From: Podarcis bocagei
Taxonomy: Eukaryota
Length of the DNA stretch: 64,000 nucleotides
Strand: one strand, 5' to 3'
NCBI GenBank assembly: GCA_964188305.1
Contig: OZ076895.1
Part shown: piece after piece, positions 1-11,821 of the stretch
How the letters are laid out: each line of letters opens with the position of its first letter
How positions within the stretch are numbered: the first letter of the stretch is position 1
Made by a program: the position numbers and the translations under genes
Notes under the pieces: generated by a model
Seen by the model: the letters and a program-made list of their open reading frames with translations, nothing else
Told to the model about the DNA's origin: nothing
Database searches by the model: none

Positions 1-347
1 CTGGAGCTAAGAACCTACACTATACAGCTGAAAGACACCAGAAAAGTCTGCCATAATGCTGCCCACATGGACCTAAAATACTTTAACTTTTGTAGATTGT
101 ACTTTCTTCAGTCTAGTGTATATGTTCGTCAGTCTAGTTAAGGTCAACGGAAGCTGCTCCCATAGTCTATCGCATGGGGGGTGGACTACCTGTCCTGGTA
201 CTGTAATATATATACATAAATAAAAACCAACTGATTCCACTTCACATCTGTATTAGGTTCTCTAAGTGCTAACTTAGATAATATATAACCACCATATCTG
301 TGCCTTAAGTACAGGAGGATTTTTAAGACACAAATTGCCAGCATATG

Positions 348-1727
348 GGCAGCAGCATTTTGCTGGCTGAAAGAATGGATGCTCCTCGAAAATACGGATA
401 TCTTAGATCTGGAAGGTTTTAACAATGCTTTTGGTTGGCATGCATATCTTTGGTATGACAAAGTTAATAGTGTCTTTAAGAATCACATTGTTAGAAAAGC
501 ATTGTTTAATGTTTGGAGAAGATATAAAGATCTGTTGGAAAACAAAACCCCTAGATGGGTCTCACCAGTGGAGGCCAAGGCAGTGAAGAAACTCAATATG
601 GAGGTCGGATGGCCGAAGTATTGGGAAATTTTGGAACATGATGAAGATAAGTTGAAATTGCAAAGTTATGAGAAACTGAAGCATAAGGTACAAAATTGGT
701 TTCAATACCATCAAATAGTGGAATTTTTCAAACAGGACAGGAAAATTGGCTTCCAGATGGAAAAATCAAAACTAGAAACTGAATTGTTAGAACCTAGTAC
801 TAAGAATTTATCTAGAATGTATAACTTGTTGCTGAAATGGAATACACAGGAGGAAACAGTCAAATCAGCCATGATTAAGTGGGCACAGGATGTTGGTCAT
901 AACATCATGTCAGATGACTGGGAATGGTTATGGAACACCGGTATCAAATTTACGGCATGTAATGCCTTAAAGGAAAACATTATGAAAATGGTATACAGGT
1001 GGTACATGACCCCAGTCAAGCTGGCAAAAATTTATCATCTGCCCGACAACAAATGTTGGAAATGCAAAGAGACTGAAGGTACCTTTTACCACCTTTGGTG
1101 GACATGCCCGAAGATAAAGGCTTTCTGGGAAATGATCTATAATGAAATGAAAAAGGTGCTTAAATGTACCTTTCCTAAAAAACCAGAGGCCTTTCTCTTG
1201 GGCATTGTCGGCCAATTGGTGTCAAAGAAGGATAGAGTTTTTTTCATGTACGCTACAACAGCAGCAAGAATACTCATCGCAAAGCATTGGAAGACACAAG
1301 ATCTACCCACTCTGGAAGAATGGCAGATGAAAGTGATGGACTATATGACATTGGCCGAGATGACAGGCAGAATCCGTGACCAAGGAAAAGAGACAGCGGA
1401 AGAAGAATGGAGAAAATTCAAAAGTTACCTTAAGGACTATTACAAACTCAATGAATGTTAGAGTGTTTTGGTTCTTAGGAACAAAGGGATACAGTGACAT
1501 AAGGTTAGAATATAGAGATGACTAAGATGACTGAGGTTGGAAAGTAACAATTGGGAGTTGCTATTAAATTATGGACATTGGGATGCAGAAAGGGGGGGTA
1601 TGGGGAAGTCCCAGAAAAGAGGTTTATGAAAATATGTTATGAAATTATACGTGTATGTTTGTTTTCCTAAGTGTTTGTTTGTCCTTTAAAATTTGTAAAA
1701 CCAATAAAAATCTTATAAAAAAAAAAA
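348..1727 (+). mobile_element. 5'-truncated L1-clade LINE, young insertion
   Basis: Open frame 349-1461, 3' UTR, AATAAA 1703-1708 and poly-A 1717-1728. Perfect 18-bp TSD acaaattgccagcatatg at 330-347 and 1728-1745. Confidence 0.92.
379..1461 (+). pseudogene. C-terminal part of LINE ORF2 (post-RT region with CCHC zinc knuckle)
   Basis: 360 aa without stops, containing CWKC-x8-HLWWTC. No endonuclease or RT core, so non-autonomous. The ATG at 379 is internal. Confidence 0.88.
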
Positions 1728-1797
1728 ACAAATTGCCAGCATATGAAGGACTTTATTCTGATTAGGACCCTACTGTAAGGAGTAGTAGACTTTAGCC

Positions 1798-1931
1798 CAG
1801 GCATAGGCAAACGGCCCTCCTGATGTTTTGGGATTACAACTCCCATCATCCCTGACCACTGGTCCTGTTATCTAGGGGTGACGGGAGTTGTAGTCCGAAA
1901 ACAGCTGGAGGGCCGAGTTTGTCTATGCCTG
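1798..1931. mobile_element. Palindromic hAT (Charlie-like) MITE
   Basis: TIRs CAGGCATAGGCAAAC / GTTTGTCTATGCCTG. 8-bp TSD ctttagcc / ctttaacc. Core ACAACTCCCATCATCCC...GGGAGTTGTAGT. Confidence 0.85.
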
Positions 1932-2165
1932 CTTTAACCCTTTGGCTCCTACCATGGTCCCGATCCAGGTCAGCCCTCTGCACAATCAATTTGTATGGGG
2001 GGGGGGAAGCCTCCATTTTGCTTCAAAGGAAGATTTCTCCCTTACGTAAATTGCTAGCCCAGTGGTCCTGATACATAGCAGGGAGCAAAAGCCCATGTTC
2101 TCCATGCTATAATCCCAAAGCAAACAGCATCCCCACAAAGGCAATCTGTGGTTTTTTTAGAAATA

Positions 2166-2342
2166 CAGTGGTACCTCGGGTTACAGACACTTCAGGTTAC
2201 AGACGCTTCAGGTTACAGACTCTGCTAACCCAGAAATAGTACCTTGGGTTAAGAACTTTGCTTCAGGATGAGAACAGAATCACGCAGCGGTGGCACGCAA
2301 GCAGTGGGAGGCCCCATTAGCTAAAGTGGTACCTCAAGTTAA
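2166..2342. mobile_element. Truncated TcMar-Tigger-like MITE
   Basis: Begins TA|CAGTGGTACCTCGGGTTAC, with internal GGTTACAGAC repeats. Related to the copy at 18640-18864; right TIR missing. Confidence 0.75.
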
Positions 2343-2980
2343 GGCCACAGCTACAAGCTAACATGTGTGGTTTGGCCCTTATATTCCTCTGCCATTCCAC
2401 AGAAAACAGGTGGTAGCAGTCCCTTTTGCAGATTCGGAGGCTGTCAGACAGGGGTGGAATTTTCTCTTCTTTTTTGACATTTCAATAGGTCATCTTTGTC
2501 AAAATGTTCTTCTAGGAGCTTTCAGCCCAAGAGTTCTTGCTTCCCTTCCAAGAGATTAACATGTAGTATTTATCTCTCATGTTGACAGAAATGCAAGGGC
2601 AGTCTGCTCCTAGCACATCAGGTGCATAAACAGGGTGACGTTTTGAGGTGGACTTTTGCGTCTTTAATACTATCTCAGTTTGTCATTCTTTATTTGCCTT
2701 TATGGTACCGACAGGAGACAGTAATTATTGTATCAGTGAACTTGACTCCTTACTGTTGCTTCATCTTAGATTGAACAAAAATGTTTCTTAAAAAAAAAGA
2801 CTGTTGTCATGTTCACAGCGGTTTCAACTCATCTTCACAATTGAACTGTTAGTGAACATAGTGAAGATCCAACCACCTGAGCGGGTGACTCACTGCTTTT
2901 GCCTTCTCTGCTCTTTTTAGCTGTTTGCAAAGTTTTCAGGTAGTGAAAAGACCAAGTATAAGGATTATGAGCTAGAAGAG

Positions 2981-3198
2981 CAGAGATGGATGGATCTGCT
3001 AATTTCAGCCCTCTCAGTTTCTCACTTTTCCCAATCTTATATTCAGTTCTCCACACTTCTGCAGCAATGTGCTTAAAAAAAATAAAACTTCCTGAAAATT
3101 GGTATGTATTTTAGTGCAGTTTGACTTACACACACATTTTTGCACGTTGTTTCCCCTAATATAATGCACTTTTTAGATTATTTTGAAGAATATATTCA

Positions 3199-3269
<71 letters not shown>

Positions 3270-3429
3270 TTTGTAAATACTGGTTAGTTGGGATACTACA
3301 TCGCAAAATTCAAAGAAGTGTGAATTCTGAAGGTTGGCCGAGATTTGGTTCTCATATTGTTTCAGAAACTGCAGATTAAGTGGTTTTATCTTTTAATGCA
3401 AACTGAATTGAATTTCTCTCTTGTCCCTA
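2981..3429. mobile_element. Old interspersed repeat (putative hAT-derived) containing a (CT)n(CA)n microsatellite
   Basis: 3290-3380 aligns by eye with 24670-24755. Ends ...TGTCCCTA. Microsatellite at 3202-3268. Confidence 0.55.
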
Positions 3430-4501
3430 AGAAGGGGATACCAGGTCATTAACAAGGTCAAATCACACAATATTTTTTAGAGAAACGCCTAGCACTTGAA
3501 GTGCTAGTCTCCTTCTATAGTCATTCACAGTGGACATTGTCTGCTGTTCACTTCATTAATGGAACTTTTTTTTTTTTTTGCAACAAGCATATTTGAAAAA
3601 GGAAGCCTTTGCCTGAATAATAAATAATACTTACTGCATCCCTTCCCTGTTAGTATACATGTTTTCATTAGTGTCTTGAATTTGCTTCCGTTACAGATGT
3701 GAATGATCTCTCCTGTCAAATTAGAAAGAAACAGCAAGACCCTGTTACAATTACACAACATCCATTTACTGCAATGGAATGTGAATGGGAGTGACTATAG
3801 TGGCAATCGTATTCATAACCACCTATGAAGATTATTTGAATGCAAGGTGGCCTGCTGTTAGTCAAGGCAGCCGGGACAGCAGTGACACTGGTTGGCTGGC
3901 TTAAGATATTCAATACATGGCATACTAGGGAAAAACGAGGCAGTTAGGTCCCAAGCATAATTGACAACTATTCTTTCCTAGAGCATCTGGAAGGAGAGAT
4001 AGGATAGGGATCATTTCATTTTTGTTGCTTTAAAGCATTCTTGCATGACATTCCCTGCCCTTGATATATCCCATCCCTTCTATTAGCGATGAATTGCACC
4101 ACACACTGCTGGCTCCCCTTGACTGGGTTTCAGCAGATATTTTATTCAAAAGACATTTTCTCATTACCTATTCCCTTGTCTCCCCACCCCACCCAAAAAA
4201 TGTCAGTTTGTTTTCATTTGGCTTACATCAGGGAAGCCTGTGTTCAAAGGGGACTTCTATCCTCATTCTCCTTGATTTTTTTCAGCATTTTAATGTTGGA
4301 ATTTGAAGGGTGCCTCCCACAGGAATGAGGTGAAGTGGTTAGAAAAGGCACTGGCTTCTTCCACATGCCTTTCAGTAGCGGCTGTTTGTGAGTATTTATT
4401 GGGACAGCAATCAAAATATTATCTTCATCCACCAAGCTGACATTTAATGTGGGGAACAGTCACTGTGGAGTTAAACTGTTGCCAACACTTCTCTTTGGGG
4501 G

Positions 4502-4503
4502 TT

Positions 4504-4543
<40 letters not shown>
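4502..4543. repeat. (CTTT)n microsatellite
   Basis: Directly visible. Confidence 0.95.
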
Positions 4544-4734
4544 GCCTCTACTCTTTTAGAAACTGTAAAGCACATATTGCCATTTGGTGATACTGGATCA
4601 TATTTGGTCTGCCTGGCTTCAGGCCACTGGAAGGCCAACCAATATGGTGGTCTTTGCATTGCTCAGTAAGGTTTTTTTTTTTTTAAAGAAACCTGGTTAC
4701 TCATGTCATGGCATATCCATTTGCTAGTGACACA

Positions 4735-5060
4735 GAGGCAGGCTTCTTTCATTGGTGGCACCCGTGTTATGGGATGCCCTCCTCACTGAAATACAAGAGG
4801 ACCCAACGGTATTGACAATCCCATGGGGGGTTTTTTTGAAGCCACACCTGCTCACATAGGCATACCCTTGATCTCTCAGTATCCTGTTTTAATTACTGTG
4901 TTTTAATAGGACTGCTTTATTGCACATTTTAATAATGGATTTTTATATTTTAATGTTTTAATGGCATTGTGTATTTAATTGTGGGTGTTTATATTTTAAT
5001 GCTTGCATAGGTGGTTGGAAGCCTATTTTGGTATTAAGCAGATGATGATGATCATCATCA
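4735..5060 (+). mobile_element. Old L2-clade LINE 3' fragment
   Basis: GGTGGCACCCGTGTTATGGGATGCCCTCCT resembles the 'VAP-LWN-LP' coding end of the L2 copies at 41497 and 61588, followed by a T-rich 3' UTR. Confidence 0.55.
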
Positions 5061-5458
5061 CTTTTAATTTGTATACCATCTTTCTATCTTACAGTACCCA
5101 AGGCGGTTTACAAGCTGAAGAAACAAAGAAATGTACACCTTATAACAATCTAATCCAATACAAAAATGTGATAATAAAATATAACTATATCCATCTTTTC
5201 TATCACTTTCTGATTTTTTTATAGTGGGTCCCCACAGACTCTTGGGGGAAACAATGGGCAAGATCCAACATTGTTGCTCCATTAATAGATGGAGTATGGC
5301 AACCAAAGAAGCAACTCTCCACAAGCACAACTCTTCTTCTGAGAACAAAAGCGCCTCCTACATGGAGCAACAACATTAGATCCTACCCAATGATCCTAGA
5401 CTCCTATTCTTCACATTATTAAAATTTCTCTCAGTGGCCAGAACAGGGCAGCCATCAG

Positions 5459-5461
<3 letters not shown>

Positions 5462-5517
<56 letters not shown>
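5462..5517. repeat. (CT)n microsatellite
   Basis: Directly visible. Confidence 0.95.
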
Positions 5518-5519
<2 letters not shown>

Positions 5520-6339
5520 CTGCAATTACAATCATATGTTTACAATTAAGTTATTTGAAATAGCTGGTGGAAGCTTATCAATGGCAAGACAGTATTTTAG
5601 AAAACTGCAGTGGAATACACTTAAGAGGCTGAATTTCTGCATGCCAATCTGATACAAGAAAACCCTCCTGTTCTCAGATGAAAGATGGAGTGCAATTGCC
5701 AATGACACAGCTTGGAATGAGATCCTGTAGAAAGTGATAAGGGCTATTTGCGTTGGAAGCAAAGGCGTATTCCCAGCTCTGCTCACCAATTCAAATTAGA
5801 GCTTCCCATGCAACCTTTCCCTTGAAAGTTTCCAGGCTGATAGTCCTGAAATGTTACAGAGCAATTATTTTTATAATATACAAAGAAATCACTGGTGGAC
5901 TCTGAACCCTAAACTCTGTCAAGGGGTAGAGATCTGTGCTTTGGCTCACTATGGAGAATGATACCAAGGGCATTTTGAACCCTGGTAGGGCACATGCATT
6001 GTGTCAAATGGTCCCAAGTTTAAACCCTGTTAAAATGTTATCTAGTAAAAGGATTGGCAAGCAGCTCCTTGCAGTTCATACTAACAAGGAGACTAACAAT
6101 GTCAATCAGCAGATGGAAGTGACTGGGACTTAAATATGATTATTATAGTAATGTAACATGAAGCCAAATGACTCTTCCCCCTCCCCCAATAGTTACAATG
6201 CTGGTAAAATTCTATACAAATCAGGATTCAATTAAAAGATGGGATGAGCAGTTCAAAATGTGAGCCTCCTTGCCACCCTAGTCAAATAAAACAGCCTTAA
6301 TTTCACCATTTACATCCCCCTTTAAGTAGAGCCCAAGTC

Positions 6340-6815
6340 AAACACGGAATAATCTTACATTTACAGAGCAAAATATCCTTTTGAATTATATACCCAGCAG
6401 ATGGAACCTTGCAAAAGGACAATATGAGTGGACTTTCCGTGCCCTTACCACAGCAAAAAGACTGATACTGATGAATTGTAAAAATAAAGATGTGGCTCCC
6501 TTCTAGGATTGAATTGAAGACTTATACAAACTCGCAACATATAATAACTTGCATATAAATGCAGACTTTCCACGGACAAATTCAATGATATTTGGAATCC
6601 ATTATAAATACTGTAATAGGTTAAGATCAGGTGAATTAAAATAACAGCTTTGTAAAGTATACAGTTTTGGGTCGTCGCCGCCCCCCCCCCCCACTTACTT
6701 CCCCTTCTACATGGGTGCTGTTTCTCTTATTCCCTTTTCTTTCTTTCTGTATGTCTCACCATGTTCAGTGCACATATAAGTATGTACTTTTAAACTTTCA
6801 ATAAAAATGTAAAAA
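6340..6815 (+). mobile_element. Old, decayed L1-clade LINE 3' fragment (different family from 348-1727)
   Basis: Hand translation FRALTTAKRLILMNCK...*D*IEDLYKLATY/LAYKCRLSTDKFNDIWNP parallels the ORF2 C-terminus but has stops and a frameshift. AATAAA at 6800-6805 and an A-rich end. Confidence 0.7.
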
Positions 6816-7157
6816 GGGGAAAGAACATGAAAGTTTACAGCTTTTCTTCTTTTATGTTTGATGTTGATGTCCTATTTGTGTCTTTGCAAAGGATGAAATC
6901 CCTGCTTCATGAGGCTGCATTGTTCCTCACAATTTGCACATTGTGCTTGTAAAACCTCCTTTAAACATGAAAAACAGAATGTAGTGAAGAGGCTCACAGA
7001 CTTCAGGACATTTGAGACATTACCCAGCATCAAAGTCTCCCTCTTTAGGTCCCTAGGATCCTCAGAAGCCCAGCTGGTCTCAGAGACTGGCTGGTAGGAC
7101 CCTTACCTCTAGGGCTTGGAAATCCCCTCTTCAACACAGGATCCCTTCTTAATTTCC

Positions 7158-7266
7158 TAGGGCTGCCATACATCTCTAGGGCTGCTCAACAACTTTCGGG
7201 TTTTCCTTAAAAAAACAAACCAAAAACTGTCCTGGTTTTTTTACTTTTTGAAATATGGCAACCCTA
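7158..7266. mobile_element. hAT (Blackjack/Tip100-like) MITE
   Basis: TAGGGCTGCCATA ... TATGGCAACCCTA, flanked by aatttcc(t) on both sides. Confidence 0.75.
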
Positions 7267-10261
7267 AATTTCCTACCTAAACCTGAAGGGCCCACACTGT
7301 TCCTCAGTTTTCCCTGACTAAAACCCTTTCCTCTCTGGCTCTAATTGCAGCCAGTCAAGTTTTGTTCCTAGTCTTTTCCTTTCCCCTCTTCTAGCATCTT
7401 TTGCATCCCAGTCATGAATTTCCAGGGGCCTCTTCTCCAACACTCCTGCGTCTTGCCTTTTATATGGTCACTCTGGGCATCTGATTCATGTTTCACATCT
7501 GCTACATCCAGCTGCTCCTTCTCCAGCTCACCTGTGTTTTCATTTGAATGAACTGGGAGAGGGATGCTATGGGATGTGGCCAGAACCACAGCTCCTCCAT
7601 CTTAGTGTCACCCAGCAACAAACCTGTGGCTTTTACCTCAGGCGCCCTTTCCATGCACTATTCTTGGGCACACAAAATGACAATCACACAAGGGAGGGTC
7701 TGAGGCATGTTGCCAGTCTCCCGGGCCCTTCATTACATCCTTTTATTTTTCCCAGCCATCAACAAAATTCAAAGGCAGGAGTCTCCTGTACCTGTGAGGA
7801 ATTCCCACGCAATCCAAAACTTGTCCTCAATCACACAGTAATTTTCCTCTCCACTTCATACATTCAGCTTCCAATTCATGGAGGGCTTTAAAAGATGGAG
7901 GAAGTGATGTGTCAAGAGGTGGCAGGGTTCGGCAGGATGTTACCACCCCTTGTGTGATTGGACAAGCAGAACGCCCAAATAGGGCACCACTGAATATGCA
8001 ACAGGAAGCCACTTTTAATCCTTGCTCTCCAAGGAGTGTAGCAGCATAATGCATGGCTCATAAATGCCTATTTTGTTCACACAGAGAATTATTTTAAGAT
8101 GTAAACTTTTTAAAAACATCTCCAGTTTACACCTAAAAGATGTAAAGTGCAGTTTCTCTTATCCTGTGCAATTTGCAACATTATTGTGAGTAGGAATGAA
8201 CTCATACGATATACTAGCAAAATATTGCCTAGTTCTGGAAAAATATTGCTATAGAGCTTGGAATTCCAGAATAAAAATTATAGTTCAGGGGAAGGGAAAA
8301 GGAGAATCTGACTTCAGGTATTTTCTTACCTAGCAGCAGAGAATTTGAAACACATCGGAAATGGTACTGCTTTTTTCTTTTATTAAAATCAGTGGAGACT
8401 GTGCTTCTCCACTGCCATATACTGCATGCAACAACCTCAGTTTATTGAGATAAGGTTAATTCCAAAAGAAAAGCCAGTCATCCCCCCTCCCCTTATAGTC
8501 AAAGTCATTTACTATCAAGAGATCTCGGATGTGATACTGTTAGCAGGCCGCCAACAAAGTCACCCCTGTACAAAGAGACTTGCTAATTACTGTCTTCAGT
8601 GAGAAAGATAAATATGGAAATCTAGTCTCATAAATAGAAAGGAAGCAGAAAAAAAAATATGAAGCCACTGCTCACTTTTAAGATTCTAAGAGTATTTCAT
8701 GCCACTACCCAGAGTTCTCAGCTGTAGATTTTGCTACACATTCCCCAGTTCCCAAAACAATGAGAAGTCCAGCAGCAGCATGGCAAGATTTAGCTGTGTT
8801 TTGATTACAGAATGCTGGAGACTTATGATGTGTGCATAATATTTGTTAGTATAGATGTACAAGCTTGTCCACTGGAAGCAAAACAGATGTTTATTAAACA
8901 GGCAGCAAAACCACTGATCCAGCATCAGATTCCTAGGGAGCCACTATTGCACCCGCCAAACCTGCACTCAGAATTAGCTAATACAGCCTAAACCTCTTCA
9001 CTCATTGGCAGCCTCTCTCTAAATTAAAGCGACAACCTGCCTCTAAAATTTTGGCTTTCTTCTGGCAGGTGTCACCTTCCCAAACTGTGCAGCACATTAT
9101 TTTCCAAAACCTGAAGTGAGTATTGTAGCAATCACCATTGTTCTTTTGTCTAAGTGCAACGAAAGAACTCATGCACTTAAACAAAAAAAGATAAATAATC
9201 CCATTCAGATCAAACTACCATTAAAATAAAATAAAAATGGCAACCAACCATCCTCCCCTTATTCTTCTCATTTTGGATTCTAAAGTGTGTAATTTAAAAC
9301 GAAGAGGTTTCCCCCCACAAATTATGTTTGAATTTCCCCCCCTGGACTACAGAACATTTTGAGAACAGTTTCTCTCTCATGATTGCCACTCTTTGTTCTA
9401 TCAATCATTATTATAGTCCTGTTACAATAATTAGGGTTTTTAATCAATTTTCGAACTGTGCTGTTCAGTAGACTGTGAAGTATAGCTTGTGTGTGTCAGG
9501 AGAGAGGTTAGTCTGGAAATTACTAGGCATAATGCTTTTTGCAAATGGTGGATATGTTTGCTGAACAGAAAGAGTGAGATCACCTCCTTATCAGGCTTTA
9601 GCACCTTCGTGTTGGGCTTTTGAATACTTTTGGAGAATGACACTACAATAATTATAAGCAAACACTCGACAAACAAACACAAATTAATGCTCAGCCAGAA
9701 ATGGTAGCGTAACACTAACAGAAATTCTCTTGCATTTCAGAACGGAACTATTCCCCAGTAAATGGGGTTTCTCTTAAACAAATGAAATAAAATTTCATTT
9801 TTATAAAGTCTGTTGTTATTTGATAATGCGACCTTGCTCTGTAAAACACAACACGTTGACTGCAAATCATTACAAAGGCTGGATTGACTTCAGCAAATAT
9901 TCTTTCAAAAAGCTTTGTTGTTGTCTTTTGTACATTGACTGTGCTCAACTCCAAGGCAGCAAGCCCACTGCAACAAGCTTGCCTCACCCTTCAGAAAGTC
10001 AGCCATGATCTAACAGTTACCCAGTATGGCTTCACAGTTGTCCTTTCAGATACAAAGGTGATGGCAAGTGGAACCAAAGGTCTAAGCTGGTCAATAAAAG
10101 CCACCCACATTAAGCTGGCATCTTTGTTTGCCGTAGTGTCCACTTTGAGAGGTTTAGACACCTGTAGGCCTTAAAGTCTGTAGCACCTTTATGTTGAGAC
10201 CAAAATGGAGACACAGCTTCTTTGGCAAATTTCCCAGTTACTCCAAACTATTAATTCCTAT

Positions 10262-10575
10262 CATAGGAGCCAACTCCAGGGGGGCGTGGGTGCTTGGGCA
10301 CCCACAATAATATAATTGTGGGGGCCAGGCACCCACAAAATCAATTAGAAAAGTGTGATGTCTTCAAGAGAGAAGCAGTTCAGCCAGCGAGTGAGACACC
10401 CTTTTCTGGGGTGAGGGTCTGGACAGAGGCAGAGTCTGAGCCCCTCCCTGCAGAAAAGGGTGCTTGCTGGCTGTGGAGAGGGAGAAGAAGAAGAGCTGCT
10501 GGCTGCCACAACTTCCATGTTGTGGCGCTGGGCAGCCACAATCCTGAGGGCGAGATGGCACCCCTAATTCCTATG
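10262..10575. mobile_element. Putative non-autonomous DNA transposon
   Basis: GC-rich block bounded by CATAGGA...TCCTATG, with repeated GGCACCC subterminal motifs. No TSD seen. Confidence 0.4.
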
Positions 10576-10597
10576 AATATTGCTGATGGATGAAGGA

Positions 10598-10742
10598 AGG
10601 GATGTAGCTGAATGGTCGAGCATCTCCTGGTAAGCCTGGGAAAGATTCCCTGTCTGAAATCCGGAAGAGCTACTGCAAGTCAGAAGAGGCATTACTGAGC
10701 TAAATGGGCCTATGGACTCTTTATAGGGCAGCTTCCTGTGTA
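10598..10742 (+). mobile_element. Old tRNA-derived SINE, internally deleted
   Basis: GGGATGTAGCTGAATGGT head and GGCAGCTTCCTGTGT tail. Same family as 35905-36079, 50722-51010 and 61520-61587. Confidence 0.65.
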
Positions 10743-11018
10743 GGGCAGCCAGCGTGGTATAGTGGTTAAGAGCGGTAGACTCGTAATCTCGGGAACTGGG
10801 TTCGCGTCCCCGCTCCTCCACATGCAGCTGCTGGGTGACCTTGGGCCAGTCACACTTCTCTGAAGTCTCTCAGCCCCACTCACCTCACAGAGTGTTTGTT
10901 GTGGGGGAGGAAGGGAAAGGAGATTGTTAGCCGCTTTGAGACTCCTTCGGGTAGTGATAAAGCAGGATATCAAATCCAAACTCTTCTTCTCTTCCTCCTC
11001 CTCCTCCTTCTTCTTTCT
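10743..11018 (+). mobile_element. Squam3-like (Ther1/MIR-derived) tRNA SINE with (CTT)n tail
   Basis: A box TGGTATAGTGG, B-box-like GGGTTCGCGTCCC, MIR-type core GGGTGACCTTGGGCCAGTCAC and a CTT-rich tail. CpGs retained. Confidence 0.8.
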
Positions 11019-11752
11019 ATTCAGTGTACGTAGAAAAGGACAGTTGAAAAAAGGACAGTTGGAATGAAGATTCTACAATGATTTTGACCAACCAACTTTC
11101 TCCTCAACATCTGACCATGATTCAGTACTTGGAATTCATGTAGGCCAATGTAATTGAATCCAGATAAGACTGGAGTAGGGATGGCTGGAAGGTAGAACAA
11201 GGACCTCTGTGCAAAATCTTGTGTAGCTGGAGCATCTGCTGTCACCAGACATCATTCCCTTTAAAGCCCTGTTCTATTTTATTTTTCATTTGTCAGGAAA
11301 ACAAAAACCTAGTGGTGGATGGGTTATTTGTAGGCTGGGATGTGATAGCATCTCCAGAAACTCAGTGATATTTTAGGTCTGGTTCCTATATATGGTTTAG
11401 AGTATTGAACCAGATAACCATGAGATCCGATCCCAGCCTATGATCACAGACTTTTTGGATACTTCATGAAAAAGAATATGTTCTATTAAACATTAATTGC
11501 ATTTTTAAAAAGCAATATTGTTTTCCCATGTCCCATGTTTACTTCAATGCTAATCATGTACATTGTTACTGCTGGAATAGTTTTCTCGTCTATTATTTAT
11601 TCCAGGGTGGGTGGAAAGTGAAAGGAAAATAAGCATATTCAGGTACCAAGACTGTAGCCTATGACAGTTCTGGTGAAGGAGGGCCCAAATAATACTTGGT
11701 CCTCACTAGCCTGATGGAAGGGCTTCATCTACTTCCCAGGTGCACACATATG

Positions 11753-11821
11753 ATCATAGAATTGTAGAGTTGGAAGCAACCCCAAGGAAATTCTCGTCCA
11801 ATCCCCTGCAATGCAGGAATC
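11753..11821 (-). mobile_element. CR1-type 3' tail fragment (SINE or LINE)
   Basis: CATAGAATTGTAGAGTTGGAAG is the reverse complement of the tail at 37570-37600. Confidence 0.65.

Noticed and set aside
379-1461. 360-aa ORF as a host gene or domesticated protein
   Set aside because: It is bounded by a TSD and poly-A tail, the frame is open back to the truncation point, and no promoter or splice structure is evident. It is a LINE ORF2 remnant.
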